64,000 nucleotides of DNA from positions 83,441 through 147,440 of the forward strand of contig CAVTVW010000009.1 of assembly GCA_963738255.1 (NCBI GenBank). The letters run 5' to 3'. The DNA is from an uncultured Methanocellaceae archaeon. Lineage in GTDB: Archaea > Halobacteriota > Methanocellia > Methanocellales > Methanocellaceae. Position numbers and translations under genes: made by a program. The notes under the pieces are model-generated. The model saw nothing but the letters and a program-made list of their open reading frames with translations, was not told where the DNA came from and did not search any database. Below, in pieces: positions 50,618 to 59,431 of the stretch (position 1 is the stretch's first letter; each line of letters begins with the position of its first letter).

Positions 50618-50732
50618 CTCAGGCTCGTTTGAGCAATACATAAAAGTTTTCGAAGATCTCTTTCGCGGTCTTCGTTTTCATCCTCTTCTTTTCGAGTATA
50701 TTTTGTAGCATTAGCGATTACATATGATACTT

Positions 50733-51005
50733 GATGGTTTCGTTATGAGTGATTCCTGGATTGGCGCCGGCTTTTATATTTCGGCGGCACATGTGCTAGA
50801 AAATCATATGCAATTTGTAACATGTTTTGAAAAATCATATTTTATCGTCATACATTTTGATAAAATATATCTTACAGCGGCATAAATAAGATAAAACGTG
50901 TATTGCAGAGCGTCGGCTTGATACTCTATAAAAAGCGGCTGGAAAGATTAAAATATGCGTAATTATATAAAAACATATAAAACAATCTATAGTATATTTC
51001 TTATT
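50733..51005 (+). promoter_or_regulatory. Conserved upstream/promoter region of sRNA copy 1
   Basis: Aligns with the reverse complement of 57824-58096; ATATAAAA 50975-50982; AAAATCATAT direct repeats 50800 and 50831; inverted ATATTTTATC-N12-GATAAAATAT. Confidence 0.75.
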
Positions 51006-51209
51006 GTGGGATGGAACGGATTGTGCAGAAAAATAAAATGACGGACACCATGTCCGTCATGATCTAATGATCATCTTTCCCATTACCCTCAACCATCACC
51101 TTCCTGGTGATGGCTCAAACGGCGGCGGTGATGACACCGTCGCACTACCCTCAATAATTACCCGTAAAAACGATATTACCCTCCAAAAACGATTATACCC
51201 TCCTTTTTT
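51006..51209 (+). ncRNA. Candidate sRNA copy 1: four hairpins and five UACCC motifs
   Basis: Stems conserved with copy 2 while loops differ; G-U pair on +; TATA 24 nt upstream; T6 at the end. Confidence 0.72.
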
Positions 51210-51488
51210 AATATTTCCGAATGGGCGTGATATATAAAATTAACTAATTTAAATTGGGCTATAATACGATGCTGTAATTAACAAACTATACTGCACCATA
51301 CTGCCATACATATGTTTTTATGTTTTATGCTAATAAGAAAGTTGAAAATGCTATAGAAATAATATTCAAAGTTCGGTCTATTGATAATACGATTTTTCAA
51401 TTTATTGACAACTTTCGTGTATTTTATCATATAATTCGTGTTTTATGAGACTAACGCTTTCAAGTAAAAACGATAATATAAACAATGG

Positions 51489-51980
51489 ATGGCTATGGCA
51501 TATAAATCAGTTAAGGATCTAGATGTTATCGATATGAGGATCATCGAGCGGCTCTCGCAGGATTCAAGCTCTTCACTTGCGGACATCGGAAAAGATCTCG
51601 GTGTATCGGCTTCCACTGTGCATAAGCGTATTTGTGTTCTAAAAGAAAACAAGATCATTGAACGATTTACGATCGTGTTTGACCCGGAATTATTAGATCT
51701 AAAAACAATAGCATTTGTAGGCATCGAGCTTCAGAGAGACGCATTAATGGGCAATAAAAAAGATGAGGTATTAATGAATCTCTCTCGTATGCCTTTTGTA
51801 CTGGAAATACATGAGACGCTTGCACCATTCGATCTCCTCTTAAAGCTGAGGACGAATAATGTTGAAAAGTTACGGGATATTATTACGAACATTGCGTCAA
51901 TTGACGGTGTTATGGCAACCAACACGATATTGACAACCCACAGGGTCATGGAACAATTTATTAAGATTCCGGAAAACTAA
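51489..51980 (+). CDS. Lrp/AsnC-family regulator
   Basis: LDVIDMRIIERLSQDS..SLADIGKDLGVSASTVHKRI HTH plus RAM domain. Confidence 0.92.
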   Translation: MAMAYKSVKDLDVIDMRIIERLSQDSSSSLADIGKDLGVSASTVHKRICVLKENKIIERFTIVFDPELLDLKTIAFVGIELQRDALMGNKKDEVLMNLSRMPFVLEIHETLAPFDLLLKLRTNNVEKLRDIITNIASIDGVMATNTILTTHRVMEQFIKIPEN

Positions 51981-52127
51981 TGTGACCTTATTTGGCCATG
52001 GCAACACGGCTACTTTTTATTGATCGTATCTGGTCATATGTTGCTTGCGGAAGTGCGCGAAGATCAAGCCGCTAAGTCTTCGAAGATGATCAAGCGCACG
52101 AACTACACATAGGCCACGAGTGCTTCC

Positions 52128-52376
52128 CTATAATTCGTATAAAACCTTAACAAATATTCCGCTACGTTCACCCATCGGTTTTAGAGTAACCCCAATACCG
52201 ATCTTATTCTCATTTTTTAAGATCATGATATTCATTTTTATAATATTTTTATCCTGATACGAAACATACTTTCTGACATGTGTTCGTACTTTTTCGAATT
52301 GTACTACTTTTTCCTCTTTTACTATTTTCAAAATGGCTTCCTTGATCTGGGAACTATTGTATTTTGTTGAGAACAT
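52128..52376 (-). CDS. Small basic hypothetical protein (winged-helix-like)
   Basis: IKEAILKIVKE...LKNENKI pattern; start codon uncertain. Confidence 0.5.
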   Translation of the reverse strand: MFSTKYNSSQIKEAILKIVKEEKVVQFEKVRTHVRKYVSYQDKNIIKMNIMILKNENKIGIGVTLKPMGERSGIFVKVLYEL

Positions 52377-52588
52377 TTTTGACCCTGTACAGATCTTATC
52401 GCAATAGAACTGTTCGCGGCGTAATAAGATCTAAATTAAATATGATCACCATTCGCGGTAATTGCGCTATATCCTGGATCATCCCCTTAAAACGCTCGCC
52501 CCGCGAGGTCTTAAGATCGAAAAAATCGTATTACGGCTTATGGATCATTTAAAAATAAAAGCGCCGATACAATAATAATAGGTGCCGT

Positions 52589-52942
52589 TCACTTTATCTT
52601 TTGAACAGGCTTGTCGACACGGTTTCCCGCAGTGGTCCATCCTTTGAGGCCGTCATCATAAGCGTAGACGTACTTGGACCCTAAGCTCATGAATTGTTCC
52701 GCTGCATCGTCACAGAGCTTTGTCTGGCCGGTAATACCCGGACCATAGAGAATGATGTCCGTACCTTTATCTAAACTTTTTACTATGGGCATGAGCTCGC
52801 CGTCAAACATGTTAGAGGCCCCGGGTATGTGGCCTTTCATAAAGGCTTCCTTATCTCGAACGTCAACAAGCACATAAGGCCTGTCTCTCTTAATACGTGA
52901 TTGTAATTGTTCAGTATTTATTTTTTGAATTTTAAATTCCAT
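52589..52942 (-). CDS. Rhodanese-like domain protein
   Basis: LVDVRDKEAFMKGHIPGA, YDDGLKGW; active-site position reads ILYGPG (no Cys). Confidence 0.85.
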   Translation of the reverse strand: MEFKIQKINTEQLQSRIKRDRPYVLVDVRDKEAFMKGHIPGASNMFDGELMPIVKSLDKGTDIILYGPGITGQTKLCDDAAEQFMSLGSKYVYAYDDGLKGWTTAGNRVDKPVQKIK

Positions 52943-52993
52943 AAATATTCCTTCATTTAATTAAAAAATATAAAATATTATTAATAATTTTAA

Positions 52994-53041
52994 AATTATA
53001 TTTAGTATATACGGGCATTATGAGTATATAATATTATGTTT
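52994..53041 (-). promoter_or_regulatory. Promoter block shared with 53888-53936
   Basis: aattatatttagtatata-N6/7-ttatgagtatataa-N3-tatgttt occurs twice. Confidence 0.7.
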
Positions 53042-53256
53042 TATGTAATATCGGGCACATCCGCCAATGTCTTTCATGTATGGGCCATGTGCACACCGGA
53101 AATGGGGTAGCATAGTGCAGGATGGAACCGGAGATAAACCGGAAAACTGTTTATTGTGTCCATTCGTGCGACGGAACATAAATTTAAAAATACCATTTCA
53201 AATATATTAGCGAACGCCATAAAATAATGAGGCGATAGCCGCCCCCTGCTGTCTCT

Positions 53257-53385
53257 CTAATGGATGTTTATAATTACTACTACCAACAGGATCGAGCACA
53301 CCAATAAAGCTACCAGGTCTACTACCCCGAAGGCCGCCAATATCCAGCCGAAGCCTATTGGCGCGATGGTTTTTTCATTTCTCAT
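53257..53385 (-). CDS. Small membrane protein (42 aa, not in the ORF track)
   Basis: GGAGTGA RBS; MRNEKTIAPIGFGWILAAFGVVDLVALLVCSILLVVVIINIH. Confidence 0.6.
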   Translation of the reverse strand: MRNEKTIAPIGFGWILAAFGVVDLVALLVCSILLVVVIINIH

Positions 53386-53561
53386 TTAATCTCACTCCAT
53401 AAATCTATAGTAAAACTCTTGAAGATACCGAACAATTTGTTATCAGTTCTTCATTATGATCTTTGAGCGCCCGGATAACTCAGTCTATAGTTATCCATGG
53501 GAGAGACGCTCGTTCATTTATTCGTCATCTATTTATGACGTTTTTACCCTCTGTATCGGCA

Positions 53562-53759
53562 TCAATGTGCCAGGAGCAGCATCCCTGGTAGGAAAATCGT
53601 GCCGCCGAAAACGAACGCGACGATAGCGAGGATCACAAAGATAATGACCAGCCACTTTGCTATTTCCATGCTGAACCCTGCGATGCCCCTCGCACCAAAG
53701 ATATAAGCGACCAACGCTAGTATGAGGAACAATACAGCTAATCCGATAAGACCATCCAT
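53562..53759 (-). CDS. DUF1328 (UPF0391) small membrane protein
   Basis: [31 protein letters not shown]. Confidence 0.88.
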   Translation of the reverse strand: MDGLIGLAVLFLILALVAYIFGARGIAGFSMEIAKWLVIIFVILAIVAFVFGGTIFLPGMLLLAH

Positions 53760-53887
53760 CGGATCACTCCCCTCTAAAGAAAATAGACTTTATTACTACT
53801 TGTTCAGCGTTTTGTTTTTGAATTTCTAACTCCATAAATACTACTCCAACTAATTAATAAAAATAATAATTTTTTAATATTTTTAAT

Positions 53888-53936
53888 AATTATATTTAGT
53901 ATATAAAGGGGGTTATGAGTATATAAGCGTATGTTT
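53888..53936 (-). promoter_or_regulatory. Second copy of the shared promoter block, upstream of DUF1328
   Basis: 18-bp and 14-bp exact matches to 52994-53031. Confidence 0.7.
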
Positions 53937-54224
53937 AGCATACATAAAGTTATAATACAACTGACAGGTCTATAAATAAAGCGCATTGCGCTGGTCTATT
54001 TATCCATAAAACGTTAGAATCTAAATATATTATTTCCTTTAACAATTTGTTCGCCTTCGTATTGATATGTCAAAATGCGGTAAAGCGAATAAGCATAGAG
54101 ATACATCAACATATTGACACCCTTGATGGGCATTATGTTCAATTATTTTTATAGAAACCCTGATTGTTTAAAATAGCGCGATCCATTATCCATGAGAAGA
54201 TAATTAGTGAAAAGTGGTGCTGAT

Positions 54225-55115
54225 ATGCTTATTTACAAAACTATGAAAGTCGACGGCCTCGACATATTCTATCGGGAAGCCGGCTTTAAAGACTCTCCAG
54301 CGATCGTATTGCTTCACGGCTTCCCCACTTCCTCGCATATGTTCAGGAATTTGATCCCGGAGCTGGCCGATCAATTTTATCTTGTTGCTCCCGACTATCC
54401 GGGGTATGGCAACAGTTCGATGCCGGGTGTCAATGAATTTGAATATAGTTTTGACAACCTTGCCAACGTCATCGATAAATTTATACAAAATCTGGGCTTA
54501 GAGAAATATAGTCTCTACGTGATGGACTATGGCGCTCCTGTGGGTTTTCGCATCGCGGCTAAACACCCGGAAAAGGTGGAATCACTCATTATTCAGAATG
54601 GTAACGCCTATGTCGAGGGGCTCCCCGAGTTCTGGGACACTTTCAGAGCTTACTGGAAAGATCGCTCGCCGGAAAATGAGGTAGCTATGCGTAAGCTCCT
54701 GACGATGGACGCCACGAAATGGCAGTATACGGACGGCGTAAGAAACACGGGATCTATCAGTCCCGATACATGGAACATGGATATGTTTTTCATGAGCCGT
54801 CCAGGGAACGATCTGATACACCTTGAGCTGTTCTACAGCTATGGTACTAATCCTCCCCTGTATCCGAAATGGCAGGCATACTTCCGCGATCATCAGCCAC
54901 CGACACTGATCGTATGGGGTAAAAATGATAAGATCTTCCCCGCGGAAGGCGCTTATCCGTATAAGCGGGATTTAAATAACCTGGATTTCCATTTGCTCGA
55001 TACGGGGCACTTTGCACTCGAAGAAGACGGCGAGATCATCGCTGATTATATACGCAAGTTCATGGCGAACCGGGTAGTACCAGGAATTGAAACGACAAGA
55101 GCCGAAGTGAAATAG
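54225..55115 (+). CDS. Alpha/beta hydrolase (epoxide hydrolase/dehalogenase-like)
   Basis: [15 protein letters not shown] nucleophile Asp, [12 protein letters not shown]. Confidence 0.92.
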   Translation: MLIYKTMKVDGLDIFYREAGFKDSPAIVLLHGFPTSSHMFRNLIPELADQFYLVAPDYPGYGNSSMPGVNEFEYSFDNLANVIDKFIQNLGLEKYSLYVMDYGAPVGFRIAAKHPEKVESLIIQNGNAYVEGLPEFWDTFRAYWKDRSPENEVAMRKLLTMDATKWQYTDGVRNTGSISPDTWNMDMFFMSRPGNDLIHLELFYSYGTNPPLYPKWQAYFRDHQPPTLIVWGKNDKIFPAEGAYPYKRDLNNLDFHLLDTGHFALEEDGEIIADYIRKFMANRVVPGIETTRAEVK

Positions 55116-55121
55116 GGCCGA

Positions 55122-55523
55122 TCACCTGAATGATCTCCACCTCCATCCAATGTAGATGGCGAAGATGGCTGCGATGATCGTGCCCATGACAATGGCAAAG
55201 ATCTGCTCGAAAGAATCGAGGGGATAGAGGCCGAACATTACGAGTGTGATGCGTCCGATGATATCGGCGCCCAACAACACAATGGCAAGCGCTGCCGCCC
55301 ATTTTTTCATGGTCAGGATGAGCAGGCCGGCCAGGACATAGAAGCCGCCGATGGCAGTTGCTGCGTAGGTGAAAATCGAGGTGTCGGCCGTGGTGATGCC
55401 AAAGAACTGGTGAGTGAAGCCTGTCACGACTTCCGCCAGGCCGAAAAGGATCATCAGGATCGCGGCTATGGCGATACCCGGGGAGATTCTTCTTTTATTT
55501 TTATTATCTGTCGTATTGATCAT
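55122..55523 (-). CDS. Four-TM membrane protein
   Basis: Start MINTT after GGAGGGAT; hydrophobic helices. Confidence 0.75.
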   Translation of the reverse strand: MINTTDNKNKRRISPGIAIAAILMILFGLAEVVTGFTHQFFGITTADTSIFTYAATAIGGFYVLAGLLILTMKKWAAALAIVLLGADIIGRITLVMFGLYPLDSFEQIFAIVMGTIIAAIFAIYIGWRWRSFR

Positions 55524-55524
55524 A

Positions 55525-55707
55525 TTATCCCTCCGTCTCGAAATTATCTTTACTTGCTGCGGTGCTCTTGTTGAGATGATTGTAGGCAACGAACTCCGGG
55601 GCCAGTAGAGTCGAGATCCTATCGAAATCATGGGCATTGATCGTATGCCAATAATTATCGACAATTTCCCTCGGCCCCGTAACCTTCCCACTTTTATCGG
55701 ATGTCAT
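55525..55707 (-). pseudogene. Truncated SnoaL/NTF2-like fragment
   Basis: REIVDNYWHTINAHDFDRISTLLAPEFV matches only the N-terminal third of the fold; GGAGTGA RBS. Confidence 0.5.
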
Positions 55708-55828
55708 TTTTCTTTCACTCCAGTATACTATTATTTTACTATATTAACGAGTTAAAACCCAAACGCTATATATATGTTTGGATATAGTAAAGAATAACTT
55801 TACTAAATATCCTGATAGAGGCATCCGC

Positions 55829-56644
55829 ATGGTTCAGATACCAAAGCAATTGATCGACGCATTGACCGGGCTCGGTCTTCTAGAGTCCGAGGCGAGAATA
55901 TATACCGCCATCGTACTGCTCGGCAAGGCGGAAATAAAAGACTTGCTGGAATTTTTAAGCCTGACAAAACCAAGCATATATGCTGGCACTCGTTCTCTGG
56001 AAGAACGCGGGCTCATCATGCTGACAAACCCTAAGCCCGCCACCTACCAGGCTATACCGCCGGAGGTCGCCTTGGATCTGATAATGGCTGCGCTTCGAAA
56101 CCATAGGGAAAAAGCATTATATTTCCTTCACGACCTCGAAAATGAATATAAAAAAGATAATCCGTCGACTCCACTGTGGTACACTTTAGAGAGTAAAAGC
56201 TTTGAGTCTAAAATAATAGAAATGCTGGATAATGCCAGAGAAAAGATATACTGCGGTACGTCGGGAAAATATCTCGATATCCTTGAAAAAAAAGCCCGTA
56301 CTAACCTTAGCTTTGAGATAAAGATATTATCCAATGACAATTCGATTCAAAAACGATTGGAGCTCGTTTTTAAGAAGAACAGGGCAGATATTCGAACTAT
56401 TAAAAAAAGCCAGGCTCTGAACATTATTGCGGACATGGAAGCCGCAGGCCGGCCTAATAAAAAACAAACTATGGTCGAAGCTTTGAATAACCTGAACTTT
56501 GATAATACCTTCGTACTCATCATCGATGATAGTGAATGCTTTTACATTCCGCCTCTGCCTGATGAGCCTCTCAACGCCATGGTGACGAAAAATAAAGCCA
56601 TGATCTTGAATGTAAAATTAATGATGAGGATGCTGGATAGATAA
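55829..56644 (+). CDS. TrmB-family transcriptional regulator
   Basis: LGLLESEARIY, SIY...LEERGLI, PATYQAIPPE, LIIDDSE. Confidence 0.9.
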   Translation: MVQIPKQLIDALTGLGLLESEARIYTAIVLLGKAEIKDLLEFLSLTKPSIYAGTRSLEERGLIMLTNPKPATYQAIPPEVALDLIMAALRNHREKALYFLHDLENEYKKDNPSTPLWYTLESKSFESKIIEMLDNAREKIYCGTSGKYLDILEKKARTNLSFEIKILSNDNSIQKRLELVFKKNRADIRTIKKSQALNIIADMEAAGRPNKKQTMVEALNNLNFDNTFVLIIDDSECFYIPPLPDEPLNAMVTKNKAMILNVKLMMRMLDR

Positions 56645-56686
56645 GATAGCTCAATTGATTATATGCAATATTAATATGAGGTTTAG

Positions 56687-56908
56687 ATGACGCGATGGAC
56701 ACAGATCGGGCATACAAGCAAAATGGCATCGTTTCATAAAAGTCTCGGCTACCCTGCGAATGGGAAAGTGCCTGACTTTATACTACAGAAAATCATCGAT
56801 CAAGACGAGGGGACTACGGTTTTCGTTAATGATCGCGAGCGTATGATAACCGCCCTAATGAAGAAACGAGCCAAGTTTGAACTGAAGGTTAGAAAACAGA
56901 GAAAATGA
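56687..56908 (+). CDS. Small hypothetical protein
   Basis: GAGGT RBS, 73 aa. Confidence 0.55.
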   Translation: MTRWTQIGHTSKMASFHKSLGYPANGKVPDFILQKIIDQDEGTTVFVNDRERMITALMKKRAKFELKVRKQRK

Positions 56909-57096
56909 CCAACAGGCAAAGGATCGGCATAACGTAGAATAATTGACTTTCATCCGGGATAATGGGGTAGATCAAATCGCTGTATGCGAATCGTATTTAT
57001 TATGTGGCCATGACCAGGATATGGCCAGATCATGGTTTTAAATGCCTAAAGCTTGGTTTCTGGCATATATACTGCTGATTTATCGCATGTGGCTAT

Positions 57097-57366
57097 ATGT
57101 TCCCGGCAGATATTATGGTGTTTCGGGAGTATGACTTTTTGGCTGCACTTTCTTTGATCATACATAACCGTGAATTGGTCGTAATTAACGACATGGATAC
57201 GTTCGCCCATTATTATTGCTATTCCAAAAAACAAAGGCCAGGCGTAATAATACCCGAAAAGAATAAGATAAGTAGAGAAGACGAAGATGAGATCGGCGAT
57301 TCTATTACACCGGTAATTGAGAGCGAGAGCCTTAACACCATAACACCGGACGATGACATCCTTTAA
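57097..57366 (+). CDS. Small acidic hypothetical protein
   Basis: 89-aa ORF; more plausible composition than the antisense ORF. Confidence 0.4.
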   Translation: MFPADIMVFREYDFLAALSLIIHNRELVVINDMDTFAHYYCYSKKQRPGVIIPEKNKISREDEDEIGDSITPVIESESLNTITPDDDIL

Positions 57367-57485
57367 TCGTTTGAGCAAGCTAATTCATCTATGGTGACTG
57401 ATATTGCTATCGGTCTGATAAATCTTTTTTAATCAGTTATTCTTTGAATCCAGGTTGATGATGATAATTTTTAAGCATTTGTTAA

Positions 57486-57573
57486 TGTTCTGTCAAGTCC
57501 CTGGTTGATACAATATTTCATTGCGTTGCATCGATGACTTTATTTTACTATCAACCAGGGACTTGACAGAACC
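57486..57573. mobile_element. ~88-bp MITE/IS remnant with perfect 24-bp terminal inverted repeats, IS6-like ends
   Basis: gttctgtcaagtccctggttgata 57487-57510 and its exact reverse complement at 57549-57572; GGTTCTGT end resembles IS6-family IRs; no target duplication seen. Confidence 0.75.
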
Positions 57574-57618
57574 TATACCAGTTAGCATAATATATTGCGT
57601 TCATAAGCAAAAACATAT

Positions 57619-57823
57619 AAAAAATCGTGATCCGAACCTATTGGGTTGGAGGGTAATATCGTTTTTAAGGGTAATTATTGAGGGTATTAGGCGGTGAGTT
57701 TCACCGCCATTATTTGAGAGTCATCACCAGAAGGTGATGTTGAGGGTAATGGGTAAGGTGATCGTTTGATCATGACGGACAACATGTCCGTCATATTTTA
57801 CTACACAATCCGATCCATCCCAC
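57619..57823 (-). ncRNA. Candidate sRNA copy 2 (paralogue of 51006-51209)
   Basis: Same four hairpins and UACCC motifs on the minus strand; T6 at the end. Confidence 0.72.
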
Positions 57824-58096
57824 AATAAAGAATATATTATAGATTGTTTTATATGTTTTTATCCATTAAAGCATATTTTTATCTTTCCAGCCGCTTTTTG
57901 TAAAGTATCAAGCCGACGCTCTGCAATACACGTTTTATCATCTCTATGCCGCTACAAGATATATTTTATCAAAATGTATGCCAATAAAATATGATTTTTC
58001 AAAACATGTTACAAAATGCATATGATTTTCTAGCACATATTCCGTTGGCATATATTTGCCTGTACCAATCCAGGGATCTCTTATCACGAAACTATC
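57824..58096 (-). promoter_or_regulatory. Conserved upstream/promoter region of sRNA copy 2
   Basis: Reverse complement aligns with 50733-51005. Confidence 0.75.
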
Positions 58097-58775
58097 GATA
58101 ATGATCCATAGATGCGATCATATAACCGATATTCAAAATGGACTTGCATTATAATTATACTTAGCAGTATTGTTCCGGATCTTTGCACTCGTAGCCTATA
58201 TTCTAGGAGCGAGAGGCATTGCCGGATTTAGCATGCAGATCGCAAAATGGCTCGTAAAAATCTTCGTAGTCCTGGCAATCGTCGTGTTCCTATTTGGTGG
58301 TAGAATATTTTTGGCAGTCCCGCTATTGCAATATGGATTATGAGCAAGGATATAATATGAGAAATGCGGGCTAAAGCAGCCCGTCTATTTTTTACCAGGT
58401 GGAACGATATCGTAGAAATTTCCCATCGTCTCTTCGAAACTACGAACGGGCTGTCTATTAAGCGAAGATGTGTCGGGACGATGGCGGCAAGGCAAATACG
58501 GCGATGCCTTAGATAAAGCCTGCTGCGACAGATTGATCGTAGATGCACAAGAATACTAGGAGGCTAAGGTCGCTAAAATGATTGAGCACACGAACAACGT
58601 TTCTCATGAAGCGCGCGAATCATACGAAGATAATGAAGATTGTTTTAGGTAAAGCCTCCGTCGGCATGGTGAAGACTTTTATTGCTTGATCATGAGTGAT
58701 CGCACACCAATCCTTTGACTAATAATGTATCGTCTAGCAACAATTTTTAAATAGGGTTAACTCTGTTTTATCCTT

Positions 58776-59228
58776 ATGCCAATATTCAATGTCGTAGATG
58801 AAGCGATCATTGATGCCCCGCCTGCGGTCGTCTGTAAAGCGATTCTGGATGAGTGTGCAGGAGTCACGCACTGGTGGATGCCCGATGTAGAAACTAACGT
58901 CATAGGAAATACTACATCCGGTAAAGAGGGTATGATCAGCGATATAAGGGTTCACCGTACCGGGAACGCAAGGTTTACCTGGAAATTAACCAGGATCGTG
59001 GATGGCCAGTTGATCGATATTGAGTACGGCGGTGACTTCGCAGGAAATGGGAAATGGACATTCGAGCCTGTGGACGGAAAGACGAGGATACGATTTTACT
59101 GGATAAACATACGGCCTAAAAGATTGATGTTCGTTCTCATAGCACCCTTCATTAATCTGGGGAAATCCCATTCCGAGGTCATGCAGACAGGGTTCAAGTC
59201 ATTGAATAATTATTTGAATAAAAAGTAA
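58776..59228 (+). CDS. SRPBCC (START/polyketide cyclase-like) family protein
   Basis: IIDAPPAVV...WWMPDV, GKWTFEPVDGKTRI. Confidence 0.85.
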   Translation: MPIFNVVDEAIIDAPPAVVCKAILDECAGVTHWWMPDVETNVIGNTTSGKEGMISDIRVHRTGNARFTWKLTRIVDGQLIDIEYGGDFAGNGKWTFEPVDGKTRIRFYWINIRPKRLMFVLIAPFINLGKSHSEVMQTGFKSLNNYLNKK

Positions 59229-59431
59229 TTCTGTTAAAAGAGCTTTCAGGTGGCCCGGCGAATATTCGCATATACAGGACGTGCCCGACTTCTTTCCGAA
59301 ATGCGAATATTAGTTGGTTTATAGCGTGAGAGATACGATATATACAAACGAACTAATTATTAATCGATTATTGTATATTGGACTTGATCGTGTTAATGGA
59401 TTCGATCATTTTTTAAATCTTTTTTAAATGT

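Noticed and set aside
51011..51067. Short ORFs inside the twin sRNA (MERIVQKNKMTDTMSVMI in copy 1)
   Set aside because: Copy 2 has a stop after five codons in this frame and a different stop for the internal ATG; structure, not reading frame, is conserved.
50733..58096. Composite transposon or diversity-generating retroelement (TR/VR) reading of the duplicated unit
   Set aside because: No transposase or reverse transcriptase in the window, no terminal IRs or target duplication at the unit ends, and the differences are not adenine-specific.
58228..58548. 106-aa minus-strand ORF
   Set aside because: Arg/Ile-rich translation without an RBS, adjacent to repeat-derived sequence; unsupported.
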